A DNA stretch of 41,358 bases, from positions 1 through 41,358 of the forward strand of contig JBBQYK010000003.1 of the NCBI GenBank assembly GCA_038208765.1, written 5' to 3'. The position numbers and the translations under genes were made by a program. The stretch comes from Verrucomicrobiota bacterium. GTDB lineage: Bacteria; Verrucomicrobiota; Verrucomicrobiia; Limisphaerales; SIBH01. Under the pieces are notes generated by a model. That model was not told the DNA's origin. It saw nothing but the letters and a program-made list of their open reading frames with translations, and did not search any database. Below are positions 1 to 11,500 of the stretch, one piece after another. Position 1 is the first letter of the stretch. Each line of letters opens with the position of its first letter.

Positions 1-96
1 GCTCGTCGAGCAGATCTTCTTTTGCCCGGCCATGCCGACTTCCGGCAGAATCAAGTGGCGCGAATAGCGGCGGATCTCGTCGTTGTTCAGTTCCAT
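1..96 (-). CDS. moeB: Molybdopterin-synthase adenylyltransferase MoeB/MoeZ (ThiF/E1-like), N-terminal fragment running off the window edge
   Basis: Manual translation from ATG at 96: MELNNDEIRRYSRHLILPEVGMAGQKKICSTS. RYSRHLILPEVGxxGQ is the characteristic MoeB/MoeZ N-terminus. Not in the supplied ORF track. Confidence 0.8.
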   Translation of the reverse strand, partial: MELNNDEIRRYSRHLILPEVGMAGQKKICSTS

Positions 97-181
97 AAAA
101 AAGCGGACGCGAGCCTAAGTGACGCGACCGGGAAATCAAGGATGAGGAAGGTTGCAGGTTGAAGATTACGCGACCTGGTTC

Positions 182-235
182 TTCCGCCGGGCTGGAAGCC
201 ACGGCTCACTGGCCGGCAGGGATGCCTGCCGCTCC
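182..235. repeat. REP-like double-hairpin element in the moeB / CotH-protein intergenic region
   Basis: TTCCGCCGGGCTGGAAGCCACGGC-TCACT-GGCCGGCAGGGATGCCTGCCGCTCC forms two adjacent imperfect GC-rich hairpins, similar in style to the other intergenic palindromes in the window. Confidence 0.5.
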
Positions 236-338
236 AGCTCGGATTCCTTGGCGGCTTCCGTCCCTGAAGAATGCATAAGTCATTTGATCCCCCGGTTCAG
301 CGCGAGCACAGTCTGGCGTTACCCGGACAAACCCAATT

Positions 339-3300
339 GTGAATTCTGTGTCACGACTCATCGCCTGCGCGCTTTTTTGCGCCTGTCTCGCTTCGCACTT
401 GCGCGCGCAACACACCACCGACCGCGAGCCGCCGGGGCCGTCGTCGCGCAAGACGGGGCTGGTCATCACCGAGATCATGTATAATCCGCGCCCCATTCCC
501 GGCGTGGCGAACACGAACATTACCCACGAGTTCATCGAAGTTTTTAATTCCAAGCCGTGGGCGGAAGACCTCGGCGGCTTCTTCCTTGATGGCGCGGTGC
601 GCTTCACCTTCCCGACCGGCACGGTGCTGAACGCGGGCGCTTACCTCGTCATCGCGCGGGTGCCGGGGATGATTCAGACGAACTACGGCATCACGAATGT
701 CCTCGGTCCGTGGGTGGGCGCGACCACGAACCGGCTGTCCACCCAGACCGGGCAAATCCGCCTCCGCAGTTCCCTCGGCGCGGTCTTGCTGGAAGTGAAT
801 TACTCCGACTCACCGCCGTGGCCCGAGACGGCGGACGGCACCGGCCATTCGCTCGCGCTGCTGCGTCCGTCCTGGGGCGAGGACAATTATCAAGCGTGGT
901 CGCAAAGCGATGTGGTGGGCGGCTCGCCCGGCGGGCCGGAACCGTCCGCTCCTGAATCCATCGCCTCGCTGTTCATCAACGAGTTTCAGAACCACAGCGA
1001 CCCGGCGGACTGGATTGAACTCTACAATCACAGTAACGGCCCGGTGGATTTGTCGGGCGCGTGGCTGAGCGATGATCCGCGCACGAACAAGTTCCGCATT
1101 CCCGACGGCACGATCATTGCGCCGCGCGGTTTCCTGAGCTGGGATCAAACCCAACTAGGCTTCGAGCTGTTCGCAGGTGGCGAGACGATCCTGCTCTGGA
1201 ACTCCAACCAGACGCGCGTCATTGACGTCGTGGATTTTCGCGGCGCGTCGAACCACGTCTCCCAAGGCCGCTACCCGGATGGCGGGCCGTTCATCTACGG
1301 CATGTCGAGCAACACGCGCAATGGCCCGAACGCCGTGCCCATGCGCTACCCGGTCATCATCAACGAGATCATGTTCAACCCGATCTCCGGCAACAACGAC
1401 GACGAGTATGTGGAGATTCACAACCGCAGCACGGCGCCGGCGAATCTGGCGGGCTACGAATTTGTCACGGGCATCGGCTATGTTTTTCCGACCAACGCGC
1501 TTACGGCGACCATGCCGGCGGGCGCGTATTGGGTCATCGCGCGCAACCCCGCGAGCCTCGCCACGATTTACACCAACCTGAGCACGAACGTGAATTTGTT
1601 CGGCCCTTACACCGGCACGCTGGCCAACGGCGGCGAACGCCTCGTCTTCGCCTCGGCGGACTACGACAACGTCCAGAGGCCGGGCGGCACCGTCGTCGAG
1701 AAGTTGAACGTCCCCGTCTGCGATCTCACCTACGGCGACGGCGGACGCTGGGGCAACTGGAGCGACGGCCTGGGCAGCAGTCTTGAACTCATTGACCCTG
1801 ACGGCGACGCGCATCATCCATCGAACTGGGCCGACAGCAATGACACTGGCGAGAGCCTGTGGACCTCCATCGAATACAACGGGCCGCTCGGCGAATCGCT
1901 TGGCTCACCCGCGAACGACGCGCTCATCATCATGCTGCAAGGTCTCGGCGAATGTCTCGTGGATGAACTCGAGGTGCGTGTGAACCACGGGCCGAATCTG
2001 GTCGCCAACGGCAGCTTCGAGTCAGGACTCGACGGCTGGCTGCTGCAAGGGTCGCATGATTTTTCCACGCTGGAGAACGCGGGTTTCATCGGCGGCAAGA
2101 GCCTGCACGTCCGCACCGGCTCGCGCGGCGACAATCAATCGAACCGCATTCTCTCCGCGCCCTTCACGCATTCCATTCCGCCCGCCGCGCAAGTTTCCAT
2201 CCGTGCGAAGGTGCGCTGGCTGCGCGGCTTTCCCGAAATTCTTTTCCGCCTGCACGGCAGCGCCACCGAGGCCTACGGGCGCATGAATCTCCCGCGCCGC
2301 CTCGGCACGCCCGGCGTGGTGAACAGCACGCGCGTTCCGAACACCGGTCCCGCCGTCTCGGACGTGGCGCACAAACCGTTGCTGCCGCAGACGAACGAAA
2401 GCGTGGTCGTGACGGCGCGCGCGATTGATCGTCAGGGCGTCTCCGTGATCAACCTCCGCTACCGCATTGATCCGAATCCGACTTACACCGACGCGCTGAT
2501 GGTGGACAACGGCACGGCAGGCGACGCGGTGGCCAGCGATGGAATTTATTCCGCCGTGATTCCCGCGCAGGCGGCAGGCGAGATGGCGGCGTTCTACATC
2601 GAGGCCCGCGACGGGCAGAACAACATCGGCACCTTCCCGAAGGATGTCTTCCCGCCGCCCGGGCTGGACCGTTGTTACCCGAGCGACGCGCTGGTCAAGG
2701 AATGCCTCGTGCGCTGGGGCGAGGTGCAGATGCCCGGCGACTTCGCGACGTATCATCTCTGGGTCTCGCAGGTGAACTCGAACCGCTGGCACACGCGCAA
2801 CGCCATGAACAACACCGTGATGGACGCGACGTTCGTGTACAACAACACCCGCGTTTTCTACAACGGCCAGCCGCTCTTCTCCGGCAGCCCGTTCCATCGC
2901 ACGAACTCCACCGCCGGTCCCGCCGGGCCGTTGCGCGTGGATTACGAGATGAATTTCCCTGACGACGATCCGTTCCTCGGCGCGACGGACTTCGTGCTGA
3001 ACAACACGGGCAATGCGGACCGTTTCACCATCAGCGACCTCAGCGCGATCCGTGAGCAGACGGTGTATAAAATTTTTGAAGGACTCGGCTTGCCGCACAA
3101 TCACCGGCGCTACTTTCACATGTTCGTGAACGGCAGCCAGCGCAGCACCGCCTACGAGCGTGCGGGAAATTTCATCTACGAAGATTCGCAGCAGCCGAAC
3201 GGCGACATGACCGCGCAGTGGTTTCCCGACAGCGCGGGCGGGCAGTTGTTTAAGGTCGAGGACTGGTTCGAGTTCGAGACGAACGGCTTCGACGTGGCGA

Positions 3301-6164
3301 TTTACAACGATGCCGACATGACGCGCCGGACCATCATGCAGAATGGCCAGGAGACATTCGTGCCCGCGCCGTATCGTTTCATGTTCCGCAAACGCTCAGT
3401 GGGCGTGGGCAATTCCGCCAACGACTACTCGACGATTTACGCGCTCATTGACGCCGTGAGTCCGGTGGACAACCCGACCAACAGCGTCGTGGACCCGGAC
3501 GTGTTTGGCGCGGTGGCGGACTACGAGGCGTGGATGCGGCACTTCGCGATTCAGCGCGCGGTGGGAAATTTCGACAGCTTCGGCTGGAACCGCGGCAAGA
3601 ACGACTACCTCTACCAGACCACCGCCGGCTTCGCGCACCTGCCTTGGGACATTGATTACTCGCTCGGCCTCGGGCGGCCCGCGAACGAGCCGCTGTTCGA
3701 GTCGAACGACCCGCGCGTCACCGCCATGTTCAACACCCCGGTCATCCAGCGCGCCTACTGGCGGGCGTTTAACGATCTGGTCAATGGGCCGCTGCGGAAC
3801 GAGGTGCTCGATCCCTTCATAGACGCGCGCGTGACGGCGCTGCTCGCGAACAACATCAACATTGATCTCGCCGAGGTCGCGAACACGAAGACTTACATCG
3901 CCGAACGCCGCGCGTATTTGCAGAGCCAGCTCGCGACCGTGGACGTGCCGTTCGCAGTGGACGTGCCGCCGTATTTCGAGGCGGAGACCAATCTCATCAC
4001 CCTCACTGGGACCGCGCCCGTGGGCGTGAAAACGATCCTGATGAACGGCGTGGCGTATCCCATGACGTGGCTGAGTCCGACCCATTTCGTGATGCGCTTC
4101 GTGCTGCATGCGGGGAACAACACCTTCACGCTGCAAGGCTACGACCGTTTCGGGACGAACATCGCGGGCGCGAGCGCGACGGTCACGGCGGTCTTCACCG
4201 GCGACGAGCCGAATCCCGTGGGCGCGCTGGTCATCAGCGAAGTGCTGCACACGCCTTCCATTCCCAACACGCAGTTCATCGAGATCGTGAACCGTTCGAC
4301 GGACAGTTTCGATCTGAGCGGCTGGCGGCTCGAAGGCGCGGGACTCACCTTCCCGCTCGGCTCGATTGTCTTGGACGGCCAGACCATCGTGCTCGCGCGG
4401 AATCGTTCCGCCTTCATCGGCGCGTTTACCGGCGTGCCGGTGTTCAACACGTTCCCCACCACGCTCACGGCCACGCAGTTGCTCCTGCTCACGCGCACGG
4501 TCAGCAACGTGGTACAGACGGTGGACGCCGTGCGCTTCGACCGCAGCGCGCCGTGGGTCGTCTCCGCACCGGGCCAATCCATGCAGTTGATTGACGCCGC
4601 GCAGGACAATGGCCGCGCTGCGAACTGGGACGTGAGCGCGCTCGTGCCAGTCACGCCCGGCGCGTCAAACTCCGTGTCGTTCGCGCTGCCGCCGTTTGAT
4701 CCCGTGTGGATCAACGAGATTCAACACGTCAGTCTCGCAGGAATCGTGGACAACTTCGGCGAACCGTCACCGTGGATTGAAATTTACAACGCGGGCCTGA
4801 CCCCGGTGAGCCTCACGAATTATTTCCTTGGGCAGGATTTTGCCACGAACCTCACGACTTGGCCGTTCCCGCCCAGCGCGACGCTCGCGGCAGGCGAGCA
4901 CAAGATCCTCTGGGCCGACGGCAATCCCGCCCAGGACACCGCCACCGACTGGCACACCAGCTTCGCACTCGGACGCCACGGACGCCTCGCGCTCACGCGC
5001 CTGACCAACGGCATGCCGCAGGTCGTGGATCATCTCTCGTGGCGCTGGCTCGGCGCGAACGTGACGCTCGGCAGCCATCCGGAAGGCCAGTTGATTTTCC
5101 GCTCCACGCTGGTCGAGCCGACGCCGGGCGCGGTGAATGTCGGGCGCCCTTACCCGATCATGATCAACGAGTTCATGGCCGCGAACGTGAACAGCCTGCG
5201 TGACCCGGCGGACAACGAGGCCGAGGACTGGATTGAATTGTGGAATGGCGGACAGCACACCATCGATCTCGGCGGGATGTACCTCACCGATTCGCAGTTT
5301 GATCCGCTCAAGTTTCGCGTGCCGACGAACGGGCAGTATCGGATCGCGCCCGGCGGCTTCCTGCTCGTGTGGGCCGACGACGAGACGGGGCAGAACAATC
5401 CGACGCGCGCCGATCTGCACGTGAATTTCCGGCTGGCGAACAACACCGGCTTCATCGGCCTCTGGGCGCCCGACGGCGCGACCCCGGTGGACCTGATCGC
5501 CTACGGCCCGCAGAGCGGCGACGTCAGCTCCGGACGCTACGGCGATGGCGGCGACGCCGGCCTGGGCGGCATCGGGACTTACTACATGACCCGCCCCACG
5601 CCCCGAAATCCCAACGGCCTTGCCAGCTACAATTCACCGCCCCGCCCGCCCGCGCTCACCAATGTTTTCATCGCGCCGGGCCAGGCCCTGACCACCTTCG
5701 TGCGCGCGACCGATCCCGACGCGCAACTCTTGACCTACACGACGAACGCCGCCTCCGCGCTGCCCGGTTCCACTCTGTCGCAAGGCGGCACCTACCGCTG
5801 GAACGTGCCGACCAACCAACCGCTCGGCGAATATCCCATCACCGTCACCGTGACCGACAGCGGCACGCCGCCGCTCAGCGACACCATGACCTTCTCCTAC
5901 ATCGTGCGCCTGCCCGGCACCGTCAGCACGAACGGCGCGCTCGGGCCGCAGATCCATTCCGTGGCGGCGGTCACGGGCGGCCAGGCCACCTTCACCATCG
6001 ACACCACCGTGGGCCGCACCTACCGCGTGTTTTACAAGGACGAGTTGAATGCGCCGCTGTGGACACAACTCGGCCCCGACTTTGTGGCGGCGAACCCGAC
6101 CGCGAGCATTTCCGACAGTGCTGCGAACCCGCATCGCTTCTACCGGGTGCAGCAGGTGAATTAA
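339..6164 (+). CDS. Secreted lamin-tail-domain (x6) / CotH-kinase-family multidomain protein with C-terminal RFYR domain
   Basis: 1941 aa, GTG start, hydrophobic signal peptide. Six LTD starts (LVITEIMYNP, LFINEFQNH, VIINEIMFNP, LVISEVLHTP, VWINEIQH, IMINEFMAAN). CBM-like NLVANGSFE segment and a DNGTAGDAVASDGIYS motif. CotH motifs REQTVY..F...VNG and NFD...KNDYLY...LPWDIDYSLG. Cadherin-like ATDPD...VTDSG domain. Ends RFYRVQQVN. Confidence 0.85.
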   Translation: MNSVSRLIACALFCACLASHLRAQHTTDREPPGPSSRKTGLVITEIMYNPRPIPGVANTNITHEFIEVFNSKPWAEDLGGFFLDGAVRFTFPTGTVLNAGAYLVIARVPGMIQTNYGITNVLGPWVGATTNRLSTQTGQIRLRSSLGAVLLEVNYSDSPPWPETADGTGHSLALLRPSWGEDNYQAWSQSDVVGGSPGGPEPSAPESIASLFINEFQNHSDPADWIELYNHSNGPVDLSGAWLSDDPRTNKFRIPDGTIIAPRGFLSWDQTQLGFELFAGGETILLWNSNQTRVIDVVDFRGASNHVSQGRYPDGGPFIYGMSSNTRNGPNAVPMRYPVIINEIMFNPISGNNDDEYVEIHNRSTAPANLAGYEFVTGIGYVFPTNALTATMPAGAYWVIARNPASLATIYTNLSTNVNLFGPYTGTLANGGERLVFASADYDNVQRPGGTVVEKLNVPVCDLTYGDGGRWGNWSDGLGSSLELIDPDGDAHHPSNWADSNDTGESLWTSIEYNGPLGESLGSPANDALIIMLQGLGECLVDELEVRVNHGPNLVANGSFESGLDGWLLQGSHDFSTLENAGFIGGKSLHVRTGSRGDNQSNRILSAPFTHSIPPAAQVSIRAKVRWLRGFPEILFRLHGSATEAYGRMNLPRRLGTPGVVNSTRVPNTGPAVSDVAHKPLLPQTNESVVVTARAIDRQGVSVINLRYRIDPNPTYTDALMVDNGTAGDAVASDGIYSAVIPAQAAGEMAAFYIEARDGQNNIGTFPKDVFPPPGLDRCYPSDALVKECLVRWGEVQMPGDFATYHLWVSQVNSNRWHTRNAMNNTVMDATFVYNNTRVFYNGQPLFSGSPFHRTNSTAGPAGPLRVDYEMNFPDDDPFLGATDFVLNNTGNADRFTISDLSAIREQTVYKIFEGLGLPHNHRRYFHMFVNGSQRSTAYERAGNFIYEDSQQPNGDMTAQWFPDSAGGQLFKVEDWFEFETNGFDVAIYNDADMTRRTIMQNGQETFVPAPYRFMFRKRSVGVGNSANDYSTIYALIDAVSPVDNPTNSVVDPDVFGAVADYEAWMRHFAIQRAVGNFDSFGWNRGKNDYLYQTTAGFAHLPWDIDYSLGLGRPANEPLFESNDPRVTAMFNTPVIQRAYWRAFNDLVNGPLRNEVLDPFIDARVTALLANNINIDLAEVANTKTYIAERRAYLQSQLATVDVPFAVDVPPYFEAETNLITLTGTAPVGVKTILMNGVAYPMTWLSPTHFVMRFVLHAGNNTFTLQGYDRFGTNIAGASATVTAVFTGDEPNPVGALVISEVLHTPSIPNTQFIEIVNRSTDSFDLSGWRLEGAGLTFPLGSIVLDGQTIVLARNRSAFIGAFTGVPVFNTFPTTLTATQLLLLTRTVSNVVQTVDAVRFDRSAPWVVSAPGQSMQLIDAAQDNGRAANWDVSALVPVTPGASNSVSFALPPFDPVWINEIQHVSLAGIVDNFGEPSPWIEIYNAGLTPVSLTNYFLGQDFATNLTTWPFPPSATLAAGEHKILWADGNPAQDTATDWHTSFALGRHGRLALTRLTNGMPQVVDHLSWRWLGANVTLGSHPEGQLIFRSTLVEPTPGAVNVGRPYPIMINEFMAANVNSLRDPADNEAEDWIELWNGGQHTIDLGGMYLTDSQFDPLKFRVPTNGQYRIAPGGFLLVWADDETGQNNPTRADLHVNFRLANNTGFIGLWAPDGATPVDLIAYGPQSGDVSSGRYGDGGDAGLGGIGTYYMTRPTPRNPNGLASYNSPPRPPALTNVFIAPGQALTTFVRATDPDAQLLTYTTNAASALPGSTLSQGGTYRWNVPTNQPLGEYPITVTVTDSGTPPLSDTMTFSYIVRLPGTVSTNGALGPQIHSVAAVTGGQATFTIDTTVGRTYRVFYKDELNAPLWTQLGPDFVAANPTASISDSAANPHRFYRVQQVN

Positions 6165-6179
6165 GCCGGAGCCGGATTT

Positions 6180-6292
6180 ACAGAAGGCCACGAAGGAAAC
6201 GAAGACCGGAAATAGCTGAAAAATAAAACCGGCATTGTTCGGGCGTTCACGCTCCCGCCCGCGGCCAGTTTTTTCCCTTCGTTTGCTTCTGT
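6180..6292. repeat. Imperfect inverted repeat between convergent genes (REP-like or bidirectional terminator)
   Basis: ACAGAAGGCCACGAAGGAAA (6180-6199) pairs with TTCCCTTCGTTTGCTTCTGT (6273-6292). It lies between the stops at 6164 and 6308. Confidence 0.55.
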
Positions 6293-6307
6293 GGATCGAA
6301 TGGGCAG

Positions 6308-8584
6308 CTACGGCAAAAACGCGCGGTAGAACCGGTTGCTTTCCACCGCAGGCATGGCGAAGTCCACGCGGCCGGTGGTGTTCGTGAGATCGGCGAGGCG
6401 GGACCAGTTGCTCAGGTCGCCGGAGATTTGCAGTTCCCACACGCCCAGCGGGCCGCCGGTGATGCTCAAGGAAACTTCGCCCGGCACCGTCGCGTTGATG
6501 GAATGGAAAACGAATCCTCCCGTGTAAGCCTCCTGCGTGACTGGCAGGGCTTGTCCCGCCACGAAGACGGTACCGGTGCGCGCGATAAGCCCCCAGTTCG
6601 CGAGCAGGGAATAATCAAAGCTGCCCACGCCCGTGCCGTTGGTAACGGAAGTGAATTGAATCCAGTCGTCCGTGGTCGTCACGTCCCACGCGCAGCCCGC
6701 GCCGGTCGCGATGCTCACGGTGCCGGTGCCGCCGGACGAACCGTGAGCCAGGCTGACCGGCGTCAGCTCGTACGTGCAGCTCGCGCCCGCGCGCTGCGTG
6801 ATAATCAGCGTGGCGCTGTCCACCGTCAGCCAAGCCAGGCGCTCAAGCGGCGCTGGGTTGGCCTCGATCAGGTAGCCCACGGCGTTCGTGCCGTCGCCGC
6901 TGTCCCCCAGCAGTTGAATCCAAGGGTTGGTGTTGTTCACGGTCCAGAGGCAGCCGCTCGCGGCCTGGACGGTGAAGAAATTCGAGTTCGCGCCGGGGCC
7001 GTGCGAGCGGCGCGTGGGCGACAGGGCGTAGGCGCAGAGCACGCCCTGCTGCGCGAGCACGAAGGTCTGCCCGGCGACTTCGAGCAGGCCGGTGCGCGTG
7101 AGGGCCGTGGGATTGGCGGCGAGCGAGTAAGTAATGACGCCGTCGCCCGCACCGTTGCTGCCGGTGAGAAGGTTGATCCACGGATTGGTGTTCACCGCCG
7201 ACCAGGGACACGGCCCGGGCGCGAGCACGGAAATGGTGTCGGTGGCAGGCCCGGATGCGTGGACGCGATCTGTGGGCGAAAGTCCATAGCCGCACACGAC
7301 CGGCTGCTGCGCGACGTTGAAAATTTCCCCGCCCACCACGAGCGCACCGCTGCGCCCGGCGAGCGACTCGTTAGCACTCACGGCATAGGTCACAGTGCCG
7401 TCACCGCTGCCGTCGCCGGAGAGAAGGTTAATCCACGGATTCGTGTTCACCACCGACCACGCGCAGAAATTGCTCGTGGTGATGCTGAAAGAATTCGTGG
7501 TCGAGGCGGCGGTGTGCTCGGCGTTGGTGGACGACAGCGCGTAGGCGCAAGGAAAGGCGTCCTGCAAAATGTTGAACGTCAGCCCGGCGATAACGAGCGT
7601 GCCGGCGCGCGGCGAGGCGGAGAAATTATCCGCGACGGCATAAGCAACCGCGCCATTTCCCGAGCCGCTGGCCCCGGAAAGAATGGTCACCCACGCGTTC
7701 GTGTTGCCCACCGACCAGACGCAGGGATCAGCGGCGAGGACGTTGAACGAATTGGTTTCCGCCCCCGGGCCATGCGAACCGCTGCCAGGCGCGAGCGCGT
7801 AGGTGCAGGTAATTCCTGATTGCGTGACGGTGAAATTCTGCCCCGCGATGACCACCGTGCCGGTGCGCCCGGTGAGATCAGGATGGGCGTCCACGAGGAA
7901 TTCCACCGTCGCGCTGCCCGCGCCGTTCGTGGCGGAGGTGAGGTTGAGCCACGGGTTCGTGTTGACCAGCGACCACGCGCAAACTGGGTGGCTGGCCACA
8001 AGGCTCACAGAGCCGGCACCGCCGACGTCGGAAAAATTCGCCGCGCTGGAACCGAGAGAAAAACCGCACTGCAAAACCACGGACACGCTGGAGCCAACGT
8101 AGGTGGCGGACAACTCGTTGGCGTTTGGATCAGAAATTTCCGTGACGCCCGGCTCGTTCGTGAAGGTGATGGCGCTCACGCCGCCGGTCACGCCCGCCGC
8201 CGGCGTGAAAAAAATGTCGGCGATGAAATTCGTGCCGGCGGGAAAGGTGTTCGTGGTGAAAAAATCGAGGCTCAAGGTCACGCCGAGACGGCCGAAGTTC
8301 GTCGTCTGGTTGGGATTGGGCCTCAGCGTCGCGCCCACGGCCACGGAGTCCGCGCCCGCCGCCGCGTTCACGAACCGCAGCACCGCCGGGTTGTAACCGA
8401 GGTTGAAGCCGAGCGCCTTTTCATCGCCCAGACTTTCCAGCACCACGCGCACGCGCTTCGTCTCGCCGGGCGCCAGGGTCGTGCCTTCGACGCGAATGAC
8501 GCGGCTCGCCGCGTGGCTCGTTGACATCAACAACGTGACCAACAGCAGCGCGCCAATTTTCCAACCGTTCTCCAACCACTTCAT
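6308..8584 (-). CDS. Secreted cohesin-like + 6x BACON-type repeat protein with C-terminal RFYR domain
   Basis: 758 aa with signal peptide (…STSHA/ASR). The N-domain looks cohesin-like (ALGFNLGYNPAVLRF…). Six ~85-aa repeats C-x-Y-x-L-S-P…C-x-W-x-V-x-NTNPW-I…G-x-G-x-V-x-Y…R-x-G-x-L…Q. Ends NRFYRAFLP. The start lies 3 nt after the giant gene's stop. Confidence 0.8.
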   Translation of the reverse strand: MKWLENGWKIGALLLVTLLMSTSHAASRVIRVEGTTLAPGETKRVRVVLESLGDEKALGFNLGYNPAVLRFVNAAAGADSVAVGATLRPNPNQTTNFGRLGVTLSLDFFTTNTFPAGTNFIADIFFTPAAGVTGGVSAITFTNEPGVTEISDPNANELSATYVGSSVSVVLQCGFSLGSSAANFSDVGGAGSVSLVASHPVCAWSLVNTNPWLNLTSATNGAGSATVEFLVDAHPDLTGRTGTVVIAGQNFTVTQSGITCTYALAPGSGSHGPGAETNSFNVLAADPCVWSVGNTNAWVTILSGASGSGNGAVAYAVADNFSASPRAGTLVIAGLTFNILQDAFPCAYALSSTNAEHTAASTTNSFSITTSNFCAWSVVNTNPWINLLSGDGSGDGTVTYAVSANESLAGRSGALVVGGEIFNVAQQPVVCGYGLSPTDRVHASGPATDTISVLAPGPCPWSAVNTNPWINLLTGSNGAGDGVITYSLAANPTALTRTGLLEVAGQTFVLAQQGVLCAYALSPTRRSHGPGANSNFFTVQAASGCLWTVNNTNPWIQLLGDSGDGTNAVGYLIEANPAPLERLAWLTVDSATLIITQRAGASCTYELTPVSLAHGSSGGTGTVSIATGAGCAWDVTTTDDWIQFTSVTNGTGVGSFDYSLLANWGLIARTGTVFVAGQALPVTQEAYTGGFVFHSINATVPGEVSLSITGGPLGVWELQISGDLSNWSRLADLTNTTGRVDFAMPAVESNRFYRAFLP

Positions 8585-8587
8585 GAA

Positions 8588-11500
8588 TCAGTATTCCAAG
8601 ATTTTATAAAACCGCGTGCGTCCGGCGGGCAGGTCTTCCACGGTGGCGTGATATACATCCGAGCGCACCTTGCCGCCAACCTCGCTCCACTTCGCCAGCA
8701 CCTCGCCGTCGAGCCGCGTCCAGGTCTCATCGGCCAGATCGTCCTTGTAATAAACCTCGTAGCTCTTGTGCGTCTGGGCGGTCCATTCGAGCCGCACGGT
8801 GTTCTCCAAAATGGTCAGGCGCGGCGTGATGGCTCCGGTCGCCACAGGCTCCGGCTTGGCGGTGGATCCGCTGTCCGGCGTGAAGGTGATTTGATCCAGC
8901 CAGCCGCGATCCGTGCCGGCGCGGCCGGTGGCGTTCTTGAAATACGTCCAGTCCACAAACTGCGGACCAGCCGAGAGCGGGAACAAAACTTCCTGCCAGT
9001 CCGACTCGCCGGAGATCAGCGCCTCGGTCTGGCCGTTGACCGCGAAGACCAGCACATCGGCATTCGTCTCCGACGACACGCGCCACCAGAAATGCAGCGC
9101 GCCCGGCCCGTCCACGATTGTTTGCAGCGTGGAACTCTGGCCGTCGCCGACCAGTCCGCTGCGCGCCGAGTCGAAGCCATCATGCGTCACGACGGTGTGG
9201 CCTTCCCACAACGAGTGACCATCGGTGAGGAAATCCCACGTCGGCTGATCCACCGCCTCGGCCAGCGAGAGCACGTCATTGACCGTGAGCCGCGCGACCA
9301 GGCTGGTGATGGAACCGGCGGCGTTGCTGACGATGACGGAATAATCTCCGCGCTGCGTGTCGAGCACGTTGAAAATCGTCAGATCATCCGTGGTCGCGCC
9401 GCCGATGTTGCCGCCGTCGCTGAGCCGGTTGGTTTCGTTGAACAGCCAGCGGTAGCTCAATGGCGGAGTGCCGCCCGCCGCCACGGTGAAGTCCACCGTC
9501 TCGCCTTCGTCCACGGTCTGGCTGCCCGGCTGAATCAGGATCGTCGGCGGAGTGCCGGCCACCGGCCCGCCCGTTCCGTAGGTCACACGATCGAGCCATG
9601 CCCGATCTTGTCCGCCCACGCCGCTCGGGCTGCGCGAGTAGCGCCACTGCAATTCATGCGCGCCGGACGGCACTTGAAAACTGACCTGTTGCCAGTCCAC
9701 CTCGCCGGAGATGCGCACCTGATCCGCCGCATCAAGCATGAAGCGGAGATAATCGCTGCCCTCCTGCGTGGAAGTTTTCCACCAGAACGTGAGCGTGCCG
9801 GGTCCGGTGACGTTGGCTTTGATGAACGTGTAAGTGGCATCCGTCATCACGCCGGTCACCGCCGCGTCTTCGCCGTCCGAGGATTCCCCCTGCTGGCCGG
9901 TCCACGCGGGCGCGGTGCCGCCGAGCGTGAAGGTGAGCGCGGTGTTGTCGAGCGCCACCGGAATCGACACGGGTTGCACCAGCGCGAGCGATGCGTTGGC
10001 ACTGATCGCCGTGCCGAGTGTGTTGCTGACGAGCAGAGAGTAATTGCCCACCCGGTCCAACTGCGCATTCGCCACCGTGAGCGTCGGCGTGCCGGAGCCG
10101 CTGATGCCGCCGCCGTCCGCGAGCGGCAACCCGTTGAAACGCCAGCGGTACGTGAGCGTCGCGCTGCCGACGGCCGTGGCGTTGAAGCTGGCGCTCGCGC
10201 CCGCGCTGACGACGCGGTCCGTGGGCTGTGCGGTGATAACTGGGGCGAGCGGGCCGAGGACGACCTCATCCACCCACGCGCGATCCACGCCGCCGGTCAC
10301 GCTGCCATTTTTCAGATATTCCCAGCGCAACGTGTGCGTGCCGGCGGCGATGTGGAAGGCGCGCAACTGCCAGTCCACCGCCCCAGAAATGGCCGCCTGC
10401 TCGTTGCCATCGATCAGGAAACGCAGCCGGTCGTTCGCCGGCTCGCTGGAAACTTTCCACCAGAAGCTCACGGTGTTCAGCCCGGTCACCGTGGTCTGGA
10501 ACCACGCGGATGCGCTGTGCGCCAGCACCGGGCTGCGCGCCGCGTCCACACCGTCGTGCGTGATCGCGCCGTTGCCGATCCAGGTGTTCGCGCCGTTCGT
10601 GGTCCAGTTGAGATTTGTGGTGTCGAGCGCCAGGGCGAGCGTGACATTGGTGAACACCGCGAGCGAAGCATGCGCGCTCGGCACGGTGCCGACCGCGTTG
10701 TTGACGATGACGCGATAGCTGCCGGCGTTGGCGAGTTGCACGCCGGTGAGCGTGAGATTGGAACTCGTCGCGCCGCTGACGCCACCGCCATTGGCGAGCA
10801 GCGTGCCGTTGTAGAGCCATTGATAGGTGAAGGGCGGCGTGCCGCCGGGCGTGACGCGGAAGCTCGTGGTCGCGCCGACATCGACGTTCTGATCCGCCGG
10901 GGGCACGACAATGGACGGCGGCTGCGGGCCGAAGAAGACCTCGTCGAGCCACGCGCGATCCTGTCCGGCGCTGCCGGTGGCATTCTTCAGATACACCCAG
11001 CGGCAAGTCTGGCTGCCGGAACTGAGGGTGAAAGATTGTTGCTGCCAGTCCTGCTCGCCGGAGATGCGCGCCTGCTCCACGCCGTTGATCGTGAAGATCA
11101 GTTTGTCATGCACCGGCTCGCTGGAAACTTTCCACCAGAAGCCGAGGCCGCCCGGGCCGATGATGACCGTCTGCACCATGTTCGAGCCGTTGTTCGCGTT
11201 CGTGCCGCTGCGGGCCGCGTCCGTGCCGTCGTGCGAGACGACTTGCTGCCCGACCCAGGGCGAACTGGTGTTGGTGGCCCAGTTCAAGCCTGCGCCGTCG
11301 AGCGCCGTCGCGAGCGGGACGAGCGGAGTGACACTCAGGAGCGCCCCGTCGCTGGTCACGGCGGATGCGTCGTTCACGACGAGCAGCGCGTAGGTGCCGC
11401 TCTGCGAGGGCTGCACGTTGGAAAGAACCAGCGTGGGCGAAGTCGCGCCGCTGATCTCCGGTCCGTTGGTCAGGTTCACGCCGTTGCGCTGCCAGTAGTA

